A DNA stretch of 64,000 bases from Oikopleura dioica (taxonomy: Eukaryota; Animalia; Chordata): contig OU015568.1 of NCBI GenBank assembly GCA_907165135.1, forward strand, positions 558,001 through 622,000. The letters are read 5' to 3'. Each line of letters begins with the position of its first letter. Position 1 is the first letter of the stretch. A program made the translations under genes and the position numbers. Shown here piece by piece: positions 1 through 11,800 of the stretch. The notes under the pieces are model-generated. The model was not told where the DNA came from. It ran no database searches and was given only the letters and a program-made list of their open reading frames with translations.

Positions 1-363
1 GCATTCAAGGAGAAAATCAGTGAGAGTACACTTGATCCGGTGAAATTTGCCAGACGATGGGACCCCGAAGGCCATTTCACGAGAAAATACTGTAAGTAAA
101 AAAATATTGAAAAACCATAACGATTTTTGAGGCCCTGAATTGAAAAACATGCCTTTGAAATATCTTTTCTGTCCCTGGGAAGCTCCAGAAAATACTCAAC
201 GACACGCTCGGGTATGATTTTTACGCTCTCCTTTTTCTTCATTACTGTAGGTTCAAGTTGGGATTGACTACCCTGCGCCAATCGTTGATTACAAAAAGAC
301 ACGAAGTCAGAATCTCGAGCAGATCCGCAAAATCAATCTTTCCGAATCCATTTCTGCTCAATA
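1..363 (+). CDS. Cryptochrome/(6-4) photolyase family, C-terminal FAD-binding part (partial, 3 exons)
   Basis: Spliced reading (GT-AG introns about 92-131 and 211-250) gives LDPVKFARRWDPEGHFTRKYCPELKNMPLKYLFCPWEAP...VGIDYPAPIVD, the typical CRY/6-4 photolyase C-terminus. Stop and AATAAA at about 361. Confidence 0.85.
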
Positions 364-441
364 AAAAATCCAAAAGAGATAAATATTTATACAGTGTTTA
401 TTTGAAACAACAAAAACGTCAAGAGCAATGATAGGAAGCGT

Positions 442-3095
442 TCATGTACAAACAGCGCCGTTTTTATCACAAGTGCACGAGTTTGTTCCCATGCATTCTT
501 GCGGCCAGAAGTTTCTGGTGCCCCAGACGTTCCAGCATTGGACAATACAGTGGCCGGTGCAGCGAGGTAGTTTTGTGCCCATCAGATAGGAGCATCCGCA
601 TTCTGATTCGGCGGTGAGACCCATGCAAGCGCCAGATTCTCCGCAATCTTATTTATTAAATTATTACTGATTTGTAATATAATTATCACATTAATAGTTA
701 GAGGTCAAGGTGAGCTTATCGAAATACAAGTCTTAGAGGCTATTTATTTTGGATCGTTTAATCTATGGTTAAAAAAATTGTTTTTGTTTATTAAAATCAA
801 GCCATTATGGTACGCTTGTAACAGAAAGATCTCGAAACTCACCTGATTTTCCAGTTATTCCATCGAAAGTGCTACACAATTTCTCATCCTTCGTCTTCCA
901 ATTCTCCAATTCCAGTCCAATAATATTCCCCTGCGGCGTGTAATGACAAACAGTATAAGTCGAAATCATTCCATCACCAGAATACCCCGCTTTGTTTGGA
1001 ACAAAAACATCCGCCTTAGCGCAACCAACAGCTTCCGTAGATGTCCACATCATTTGTGTCAAATGTCCAACTGGTTGATTTTTTCTTCTGGAGACCATCG
1101 GGTTGTTTTCGTTAAAATAAAAGTACTCGGCGTACCATCTGTAGACGCTTTCATCGCACGGGCTTCCCTGAGCGCTGAAATCCCAGGCAATGTTTTCGCC
1201 GATTCCCTTTCCTCGAAACTCTCCATCTTGATCTGAGTGAGGCCAGTGATCAGTTGCTTTGAATCCGTCTGCGAGCTCGAGAGGATGAGTTGGCGCGGCT
1301 TTGGTAAGATAGTTGGCCCACTTTTGAGCGGATTCTTGAAGACTTGGATCCCATAAAAGAGGCGCCTTGAATCAATTTATAAATGGCCCAAGCAACATCT
1401 CCCAAACCTGATTATGGAGAGCTCGGAAGAAATTATGATAATCCACGCAACTCTGCTCAAATGGACGAAGACTAAAAGGCGTTCTGAAAGAAGGAACAAG
1501 CTTACCGTCACTTTTCTCTCCATTCACCGGGCATTTCTGCTTCCGACATTCTTCCTTGTCAAATTTCGAGCCTTGGCAACCCTTGTGTCCAGCAATACCC
1601 CCGTCGCAAAATCGCTGTCGAGAGCGAATTCCTCCTCCGCAAGTCGCGCTGCAGCTTGTCCACTCGCCCCACGCTGTCCATTCATCACAATATCTGTCTT
1701 GGCAAGTCTTGACTTCTCTAGCCCCAACGCCCTTAGCACAAGCGCCAACTTTGCAAACTTTCGTCCTCCAAGTCAATCCGACATCGCAGGTCTTCGAGCA
1801 AGGATTCCAAGGTCCCCACGGACCCCAAGCCCATCCTACCTCCATTTTATCAAAGTAATCATCACTTACGTGGACCTGTGCGTTTCTTGCGAATGTTGGA
1901 CAAGGGTCGCTTTGACAAGTTTGTTTCATAACGCAGCCATGAGAATAGGGACAAGGGGTTTGACGACGCTCGCGGAGGCCGGTACCGCAACTAACTTTTT
2001 AAGATTTCGATTATTTTGATGATTGATCAAAGTTTATACGGGCCAGAAGGTTACTTGACAATAAAATTTTTAATATCTTAATCGGTTGCTCTCATAATGA
2101 AAGAGTACCGAAAGATAAAACTAAAAACATCATTATGGTAATTATTTTGGAAATCTTTTCTGAGCATCTCGACCAATCAGACCATTGACTTTCCACACAA
2201 ACACACGGCTTAGCTTGTTTCATCTTGTCACTTGTACAATCACCACCAGAGCACTGTCTCTCCCTGTAGCTCATCTTTGTTATCATCGGTGTCTTTCCCT
2301 CCTTCGAACATAAAACCGTAGGGCACGAGGACCAATTTGACCATTCTGACCATTGAAGAGGACATACTTTTTCTTCGCAATATTGCTTCTCAGTTGTGGT
2401 ACATTTCGCACCGTCAATGCATTTTCTAGAGCGGGTCTGGGAACCACCACCGCAAGAGGTCGAGCAACGGCTCCAGGGAGACCAATCTGATGCAATTTTC
2501 TTCGATTCAAGCGGTTCAATAACTGGCAAATAAAGTGGTCTTGGATAATGCCTGTAATGGCAGCAAGGCTCGTAGGTAAAATTTACATCATTTTGAGAGC
2601 AACAAGGTTTTCTTTCTGAAATCCTGGTTCCATACGGCATATCTTCTCCATTATTTGTCGCGATGAAGACCTTTTTGGATCTCTTTTCAACAGAACTTCT
2701 CGATACAAAACCCGTGGTGACGATGTTCCATTCTTTCGTATCTGCACACTTGCGAGTCATAACCGCCCAACGGGTAATCGCTGTTTTAGATTTGCAAATC
2801 CAAATTTTATCAAAGAATTTTTCTGTTTTCTTCTCCATGAAATCAAATCTGAAGGCCCCAGAACTTGGCCCTGGATCCTTTTTCGTCCCATCATAGTATG
2901 TTTTACCATTGATCGTCTTTTCAAAAAGCCAGATTGAGTCGATTGGAGAGGATTTTTCCGAAGAGGACGATTTCTTGAGACTTGAATGCTCCTGGTCGAT
3001 AAATTCTGTTTCGGGGAGCAATCGCATTGGAAAAACTTCATGATAACCATGCACCGCCTGAATAATGATTAAATAAGTGTCGGAATTTCAGACAT
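442..3095 (-). CDS. Secreted multi-exon protein: several thrombospondin type-1 repeats, a CAP/SCP domain and a C-terminal Cys-rich module
   Basis: WSxWSxCSxxCGGGxxxRxRxC repeats (ORFs 2092-3054, 1372-1929). CAP motifs HLTQMMW...VGCA and VCHYTPQGN (ORF 805-1098). Signal-like MSEIPTL.IIIQAVHG at about 3095 needs a 1-nt frameshift. Confidence 0.8.
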
Positions 3096-3292
3096 AATCA
3101 AAATTATTAATGAAAGGAATAATAAATTGATCCATCAAAAATGATGATTTGCCTATTCATGGAAAATTAACGAAGGCTGATGCGAAACGTGGATTTATTA
3201 AAATAAGGTGCTTCTTCTTATAAAGCAAAAAGATTAAAAATTGACATGGTGCTGCTTTATAAATGTACCAAATAGACGAAAATGATTCAAAA

Positions 3293-3803
3293 ATGAGGCT
3301 GAAGTATTTTTTGCTTATTTTCACCGCGTATTCTTCCGAGGAAACTGACAAGTAAATAAGTATTTGAAAATCTGTTTAAGATCATAATTTCAGAATGAAA
3401 GAATTTGAAGATCATCTGAAGCAAGTCAAAATGCGATACCTCAAGAGAATGCTACTGGAGTCTCTTTCTAGCCGCGGTGATTTCGGTATTCTTGCTGGAA
3501 GTTTTTGAAATAAAAAAATTTTACTGATCATCCTTTTTCGACTTTGGAGGCCATCTATACGTGTTCTCTTATACTTACGTGAAGCAGCAGCGTGAGGATG
3601 TTTATAATCATTTCTCGTGTTTGCTTTACGTCGCCGCGGTTGCAATGAGGTTTCATGAGCGACGGAAGACGCGCCGAATAGCGCCACCCCCGGATGTCTT
3701 GTTTAAATTTTCTTCATTATTCGCCAATTTAGCCAGGTTCAACGAATCCCTTGTTTTGTTATTGTTTCCAACGGCAATAAGCTGTCACACTCAGTTTTTT
3801 TAA
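3293..3803 (+). CDS. Possible small secreted protein of unknown function
   Basis: MRLKYFLLIFTAYS signal-like start and a clean GT-AG intron joining to MKEFEDHLKQVKMRYL. No recognisable domain; 3' structure uncertain. Confidence 0.3.
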
Positions 3804-3989
3804 TGTAGCTCATGATTTTTATTTGACTCAATATTCCAACACTCAAGGTTTTTCAGGAGTCATTTTGTATGAGAAGGTTATCTTTTCATCGAAAATTTCA
3901 AAGTTGAATAAGGAGAATAATTTTTGTTTATTTACTTCTAGGCAGTATTTACAATACGAGTCCATTTCAAGCATCGTCATTCATAGAAA

Positions 3990-6591
3990 ATGAGATTGAT
4001 AACTTCTTTAGCTTTAATTTCAAAATTTTGTCAGTCCTTCGGATATGGATCTTTTGAGCAGAGAAATGCAGACAACTGCGAAAAAACAGTGTCAGGAAAA
4101 AATTGCCTTTCTTGGGAGTCTCAACGTCTTGATCCAACAGTGAAATGCGGATTCGGAAGAGTTGCTTCTGCGGGGTGCGCAAATCCGGATAATGATCCGA
4201 GAGGCCCTTGGTGCTACACGAGTTTTGCGACGAAAGATAATTGGGAATACTGCCACCAAATTTGCGTAAGACATGATGTTTGCGCGCAAAGACCCCAAAA
4301 TAATCTTCAACCTACTCAAATTCCCTCAGAAAATGACGGAAAATGCACTGTGACTATCGATGGAATTCCATGCAGGTAATCTAACATTTTTCGTTATAAA
4401 TCCCTAGTTTGTTCTCAAGAAATTGGAGTGAATCCGTGAATATGTCTGATCGACCAGCAACTCAAAGGTGGATGCGTACTCAGGACAATAATTTTTGCGC
4501 GAATCCCGATAATGATACCAAAGGAAATTGGTGCTTCACGGATGCACCTCGAAGATCTGCCTTTTCGAGCACGGACAACTATGGCTACTGCGCACAAACC
4601 TGTCAATCAGACAATATCCAGCCAACAAGGCAAACCACACGAAGATGGACAAGACCTACAGTCTGGACGACAACACCAACACCATCAACAACTATTACTA
4701 CTACAAGTAGACCAGCTTTTGCTGAACGAAGATGCTCCGAGACAATTGACGGAAGAAGATGTAGAAATTGGCAGAAGTCAATTTATATGTCTACTCAAGA
4801 ATCAACTCGAAGTTGGATGAGGGGTCAGAACAATAATTTTTGCGCGAATCCGGATGATGATCCAAAGGGCGCTTGGTGTTTTGCTGAATCTTCATTTGGC
4901 TCTAACAATTTCGGATACTGCCCCAGGGCTGACAAATTAGGGTCCCGCCAGCCGCACTAATTTGAGTTAGAACCCTAACTCTCATTTTATAACTTTTTAG
5001 TGCGAGTAGTACGAGTTGGAAAAAGCCGCACTAAAATCGTCCTTAAAGAGGCGCGCGCTTATTGGTCCGCCAATCATGGCGGGTCATTCGTTTTCTCATC
5101 CAATCAGCTCCATTCTTTTTTCAATCTTCCACCAATTTGTCCTCCGCGCCTGGTGGGAGGCGCGCGCCGATTGGATGATGAAAAAGAGCCTCATAATTAG
5201 TACGGTTAGGGCGGCGATTCAGTCCTAATAGACGAAAAAATGTCAAGGAAAAAATAGGACGGGTAGGACGGGGATGCCACACTAATTCGCACTAATTTTT
5301 AGTTAGAACCCTAACAATTTTTTGGTAGTGCGGCTGTTAGGACCCTAATTTGCCAGCCCTGTACTGCCCTAGTGATTGCGGATCAAGATTTGTGGCGACA
5401 ACAACTTCGACCACAAGCAGAAAAACTCCAACGCGACAAACACCATTCAGATGGACGACAAGAAGACAAACGACAGCAACAACAACAAGACGATCACCAG
5501 AAAGATTAGCCCCAGTACGAGTTTCTTCAACGAATAATAAGCCAATTTGCGCACCAATGAATGATGATCCTTTTTACTTTCGCGACAATGATGGAAAAGA
5601 AAGACGACCCGATGTTTGGGAACAAGTTAATTTTCAGTTCGGAATTGATATTTTTGTTATTTTAGCCCGATGAAATTCCTGGTCAAAGTCGAGATGATCG
5701 TTTCCGTTCTGAACCACGTAAAGCCTTGAGAATCTTAGGTATGATTCTTTTGATAATTCTCAAATAAACAAAAACAGAGGGCAACGAAGCAACTGTTGGG
5801 CAAATTCCTTGGCAAGTCCAGCTCATTGGCAGATCAGCGTGCGGTGGAACGATCGTTGCACCGAGAATCGTCGTAACTGCCCAGCATTGTCTCGAAAACG
5901 CGATGGATCCAAGACGGTGGATGGTTCAAGCGGGTCATGTCCAAAAAGTAAGAAAAAACTCAGATAAAATAGATTTATTTTACTCTCTAGAATTCGAGGG
6001 GATCGGGTGCCCAAAAAAGAGCAGTTATTAAAATCCTCAACACTGGAAATTACAACTCCCCTCGAAAACACAACAACGATATCGCCATCATGGTTACCGA
6101 CGAACCATTTCAATTCAATCATCTTGTGAAACCCGCATGTCTCCCGCCAAAGAATTTCAAACCGATTGGCGGAGAATGCATAATTTCCGGCTGGGGGCAT
6201 ACGTCTTACAGGGGGCGGTCTTCAAACGAGCTTCTTTGGACGCTTGTACCGCTTATTCCTAGAAATGTCTGCGGTCGACAGCTTCGGGAACGACTTACAG
6301 GTAAGACTAGCACAAAGATGTATTCTTTAATTTCAGGTAATATGATCTGTGGCGGAGGATCTGGCCCTGACACATGCCAAGGTGATAGTGGAGGGCCCCT
6401 TGTATGCGCTCTTCGACATTCTAGTGGGGAGAAACAGGTTTGACAAAATTATTTTTCTTTTTATATTTTCCAAGTATACTCTCGTTGGAATAACATCCTT
6501 CGGCAACGGTTGTGGAAATACTCCTGGGGTCTATACCGAAGTCGCAGATTATATCGATTGGATTCATCAAATCATTTCAGAATACCCTTGA
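3990..6591 (+). CDS. Kringle-containing trypsin-like serine protease, copy 1 (3 kringles; MITE in the kringle-3 exon)
   Basis: Signal peptide; three CANPDxDxxGxWC kringle cores; Thr-rich linkers; R-ILEG activation site; TAQHC, NNDIAI and [10 protein letters not shown] intact. Confidence 0.9.
4924..5361. mobile_element. hAT-type MITE (438 bp) inserted in a coding exon
   Basis: Imperfect TIRs CAGGGCTGACAAATTAGGGTCC / GGACCCTAATTTGCCAGCCCTG; perfect 8-bp TSD TACTGCCC (4916-4923, 5362-5369). Removing it restores FGYCPSDCGS. Confidence 0.92.
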
Positions 6592-6992
6592 ATGCATGAG
6601 ATGAATACAAAATAAATAAGAAATAATAAGATGATGTTTTGTCAAATTTTCTTTTGTGAATATTTCGAAGTCCTTTTTAATAATCATTCGATTTTCTTTA
6701 AAAAACACCGATCTACAAGAAGATTTTCATTTTTCGAATACCTTTCGGTAATAAATAAACCTTTACGACCTGATGTTTGACCGAAAGATTCTTATTGAAC
6801 AAAGCCATAAGTAATAAATTTGATTTTATTTGTATTTTTCAGAATAATAAATGAGCCTAAGACGGCCGGAAATGGAACCCAAGATTCTTCTTGAGAATCT
6901 GTCGAAGTTATTTTTAACCAACCCATTTATTTGCTTGCTAGGGGGATTAAGACCGTATTAAAGCTTCCGCTTTTCTCTAGATAATCATCAAA

Positions 6993-8638
6993 ATGAAGTT
7001 GCTTTCTTCACTCGCAGTTGTCTTTTCACCAGTGAGCTGTGCCTATTATGGTTATGGCGATACAAGTCAGAGAAATGATGCAGTTTGCGACAAGTCAAGC
7101 TCAGGAAAACGATGCTTAGCTTGGGATTCGAGCCGTCGTTCGCCAATAAAGTGCCCTGATGGAACATACCCTGCTGGGGGATGCGGAAATCCAGATAATG
7201 ATCCAAGAGGTTCATGGTGCTACACAAGTAACGCTTCTTCTGGTAAATACTGGGAGCATTGTGATCGGGCGTGTGAAAATCATGATCCTTGTGCCAAAAA
7301 TGTTCCTCAAAAATGTACCCATACTAAGGATGGAACGATGCAGGTTGACAAAAATCATAAGAATTGCAATTAAAAAGATTTTCAGAAATTGGAAAAATTC
7401 AGTCAACATGGAGAAAAATGAGCTCACAAGGCGATGGATGCAGGCACATGATAACAACTACTGTGGAAATCCTGACAAGGATTCTGGAGGAGATTGGTGC
7501 TATGTTGATGCTCCGCCGGGCTTTTGCGCAGAGAAGTGTGGATCAACGGAACAACCACCCATGACAACAGTTGTACAAGTCGCACGACCCGCAAGACAAC
7601 CTTCTGAAAAGCCAGTTTGTCGGCCAAGGACCGAAAGTCTTTTTCAATTCAGAGATGGTCTTGGTGCTATAAGACGACCAACAAAATGGGATGTCGTAAG
7701 ATTTCTTCAATGAAAGTCAAAAATTTAAATCAATTCTTTAGCCTGATCAAGTCCCAAGCAACTCGTTAAATACTTCCGTGCCGCAACAGGATGTTCTTGA
7801 TGGGAGAAGCGCAATGATGGGGCTGATTCCTTGGCAAGTTCAGTTGATTGGACCTGCCGGCTGTGGTGGGACGATTATTTCTTCGAGAATCGTCATCACG
7901 GCAGAACATTGTCTAAAGTCACCGAATCCTGAAAGGTGGCGCGTTAAAGCCGGGCATATTCATAAAGTAAGAATTTTACTAGTAGCTTCTCATTAGTATC
8001 ATTTAAGTCGGCATTTCGTTCGCAAAATGAAGGCCAGATAAGACGTGTCGCTAAAATCATCACGACTGGTAAATACAATGCTCGCACTCATGACAATGAC
8101 ATCGCCATCAATGATGGCCCATCATGGTGACCGATGAGCCTTTCCAGTTCAATGACTTCGTTAAACCAGCGTGCTTGCCCCCGAAAAACTTCAAGCCAGT
8201 CGGAGGAGACTGTATCATCTCTGGCTGGGGCAAAACAACCGATGTTGGAAGGTCGTCAAGTCGACTTCTTTGGACGCTCATACCGCTTTTTGACCGAAGC
8301 GTTTGCAGAAGAAAGTTACGTGGGTATTCCATCACTGGTAAGATTTTTTCAAAAAAAAATCTTCTTTGAGTTCAATTAAGATCATATGATCTGCGGCGGC
8401 GGTTCTGGCCCAGATACGTGTAAGGGAGATAAGGGAGGACCTCTTGTTTGTGCTTTGAGAGATAACAACGGGGAAAATCAGGTACGAGATCTGAAAGAAT
8501 TGACTGTCATTAAAAATTCAGTACGTTCTCGCTGGAGTGACATCCTGGGGAATCGGCTGTGGAAAAACTCCCGGAATCTACGCCGAAGTGGCGGATTATC
8601 TTAATTGGATAAATGAAATTAGTTCTCAATACCCTTAA
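6993..8638 (+). pseudogene. Kringle serine-protease paralogue, copy 2; catalytically dead and frameshifted
   Basis: Two kringles; TAEHC present; GDSGGP changed to GDKGGP; 14-bp insertion at 8111-8124 shifts the frame after NDIAI. Confidence 0.8.
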
Positions 8639-8808
8639 TTTCTCTCCTGATCATAATTTCACCTGACAATATAGTATAATTAATAGCAGATCTCTAATGA
8701 GAATATCTCAATGTGATTGTTGACCAAGGCGACTCCGCAATGTTGTTTGTTTACTCGATACGGTATTGGTACTTACTAGATTCTTCCCTCCTCAGATCAA
8801 AATTAAAG

Positions 8809-11800
8809 ATGAAGTTGTTAGCATCATTACTAGTTTTTTCACCAACAGTAACTTGTTACTACGGTTACGGACAGAGAAATGATGCGGTCTGTGATAGGTC
8901 GAAGAGTGGAAAAAGATGTCTTGCTTGGGATTCAAGCCGAAGATATCCGCAACAGTGTAATGGAAGATATGCTGCTGGAGGCTGCGCAAATCCAGATCAT
9001 GATTCGAATGGTCCTTGGTGCTATACAAGTTATGCAAATACCGGAGATTACTGGGAGTACTGTGATCCTACATGTGCGAACCATGATCTTTGTGGCAATA
9101 AACCTCCACCACTTCCTCCAACTTTTGATGACAAATGCTCTCAAACAAATTCTGGGGCTCAATGCAGGTTAAACAAGGACGAAGAATCAATATTCACTTA
9201 TTTTCTAGAAATTGGAAAAAATCAGTGAATATGTCACGAAAAAGATCGACTCAAAGATGGATGCGAAATCAGGATAATAATAACTGTGCTAATCCGGACA
9301 ACGATCCAAAGGGAGATTGGTGCTTTATTGATGCTCCGAGAGGGTAAAATTAAAGCAAAACCAAAATAAGTACACTTCAGATCGCCAAACTATGACTATT
9401 GTCCGAAAAATTGTGGATCAACAACACCACCACCAAGACCTCCGGTAACAGGCCGCCCGCTGAAATGTTCGCCACTGAACGAAGGTGCGTTTAAATTCAG
9501 AGATGGCAACGGTGTTGCGAGAAAACCAACAGTTTGGCAAGTCGTAAGTGTAGTTTAGGGACCGAACGCAAATCGGACCAAAATTTAGTTCTGAGAGTTA
9601 TGAATGAAAAAAGGGGTATTGAAACCAGAGAAATTGAACTGCGTTCTCAATTTTTCCAAATCCCTTCCGTTTCCGAGATATTGACCTTTGGAAAGAATTA
9701 AAATTTCAGGAACGAACCACTTTCAAGCGCGCAGTCTTACTCTGATGGTGGCGCTCCGGGGCGAGAAGCTTTTGCCGCGACGCGTTTCGAGTTTTCACTG
9801 CGAGCGAGCCCGCGCTTCCACCAATAGAAAATTAAAAAAAAAGTGTTCAGGCAGGATTCGAACCAACTCTACCAACATTAACCGACCCCATCAGATACTA
9901 ACTAAACCATTAGATCTTGGTCGTAAGTCCCATTTTGCATGGGTATGAATTTAGTTTAATCCTGGCTTCACCGATTTCAACCATGACTTCTGCCATGTCA
10001 ATTTCGGGTTCTTCGACGTCAATCTCGACTTCTGAAACGTCAAATGATTGATTGATTTTCATCAAGATGAAAAGAGGCAAAATTTTCATAATTTTTCAGC
10101 TTTTTTGGTAGATTAGATCACGGGGAGGAACTTTTATTCAGAAAATTATTTTCTTCCCATAGAAAATTTGACAAAAATTGGCTCCGAAAATTCAAATTTT
10201 GCATTGTGCATTTCATAAAGATCTTTAGTTCAGTATTTTTTAATGATAATTAAGGGCGAACACCCCAAAAAAAACAATTTCTATCGTATAAAGAAGAAAA
10301 AAAAATTAAGGCAATTAAGGCTATAACAACTGAAAATATAAATCTCGGAATTGGACTTAAAGGGGAGGTCGACAATTTTTTCTGCTCAAAATTTTTTCTT
10401 CTTTCCGGCGTCTTCCGGCCGTCTCAGCCCCGTTCCTTGATTATTTAATTTAAGGGGCTTGACGGCCCTTCGGGCCGTCTCAGACCCGTTCCTTGATTAT
10501 TTAATTTAAGGGGCTTGACGGCCCTTCGGGCCGTCTCAGCCCCGTTCCTTGATTATTTAATTTAAGGGGCTTGACGGCCCTTCGGGCCGTCTCAGCCCCG
10601 TTCCTTGATTATTTAATTTAAGGGGCTTGACGGCCCTTCGGGCCGTCTCAGCCCCGTTCCTTGATTATTTAATTTAAGGGGCTTGACGGCCCTTCGGGCC
10701 GTCTCAGCCCCGTTCCTTGATTATTTAATTTAAGGGGCTTGACGGCCCTTCGGGCCGTCTCAGCCCCGTTCCTTGATTATTTAATTTAAGGGGCTTGACG
10801 GCCCTTCGGGCCGTCTCAGCCCCGTTCCTTGATTATTTAATTTAAGGGCTTGACGGCCCTTCGGGCCGTCTCAGCCCCGTTCCTTGATTATTTAATTTAA
10901 GGGCTTGACGGCCCTTCGGGCCGTCTCAGCCCCGTTCCTTGATTATTTAATTTAAGGGCTTGACGGCCCTTCGGGCCGTCTCAGCCCCATTCCTTGATTA
11001 TTTAATTTAAGGGCTTGACGGCCCTTCGGGCCGTCTCAGCCCCGTTCCTTGATTATTTAATTTAAGGGCTTGACGGCCCTTCGGGCCGTCTCAGCCCCGT
11101 TCCTTGATTATTTAATTTAAGGGGCTTGAGATCGGCGTCGGACTCTGAGGTGATCAATCTCAGTTATGTCCCCAACCCCACCCACACCCATTCGGGCTGA
11201 AATTACAAAAAATTCAAATTTTACGCTTTATTATGGTTTATATAATTTATTATATAATTTATAATTTATTTAGGTTTTATAATTTATTTTTCTTCATTTG
11301 GATTCCTTATCTTGCTTAAACTTTTTTCGAATCGAAAAAATCATTTTTGAGCTTTTAAAATGGTCGTCTAGGTTTGATTAGGTTTGATTGCAAAAAAAAA
11401 ATCGATTTTTGGACCCCTTTCCTTAATTTTTCCAAAATTTTTTTCATATTTTTCTTGATAAGGTTATCATAAATATGTTTACAAAATTCAATCGCATGAT
11501 TCGATAAATAGCCCTACAATTTCTTGCCTTTTTATGAGCTTATTCTTTGACCTGATCCACAGATGATGTACCCTTGCCGGCTAAGGTTTACAAGGGTGCC
11601 ATCATTTTACCGATTAAAATTTTTTTTGCTGCGCCATTGTATCATCGAGTTATGGTGGTTTTATACTGAATATAATTGGAACACGGGAATCAATCTCGAA
11701 TATGTTTATTAACCCTGATAGGTGTGAGCAGAAAATAATAAAATATATATATTATATTTTATGTTATACCTGTGAAGTCAGGGAAAAGAATGATAAAATT

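Noticed and set aside
3070-3085. 1-nt frameshift in the TSP1/CAP signal peptide as programmed recoding
   Set aside because: It lies in a short T homopolymer, so a sequencing error or null allele is more parsimonious.
10417-11129. CRISPR-like repeat array
   Set aside because: Units are contiguous and near-identical with no unique spacers, there are no cas genes, and the context is eukaryotic.
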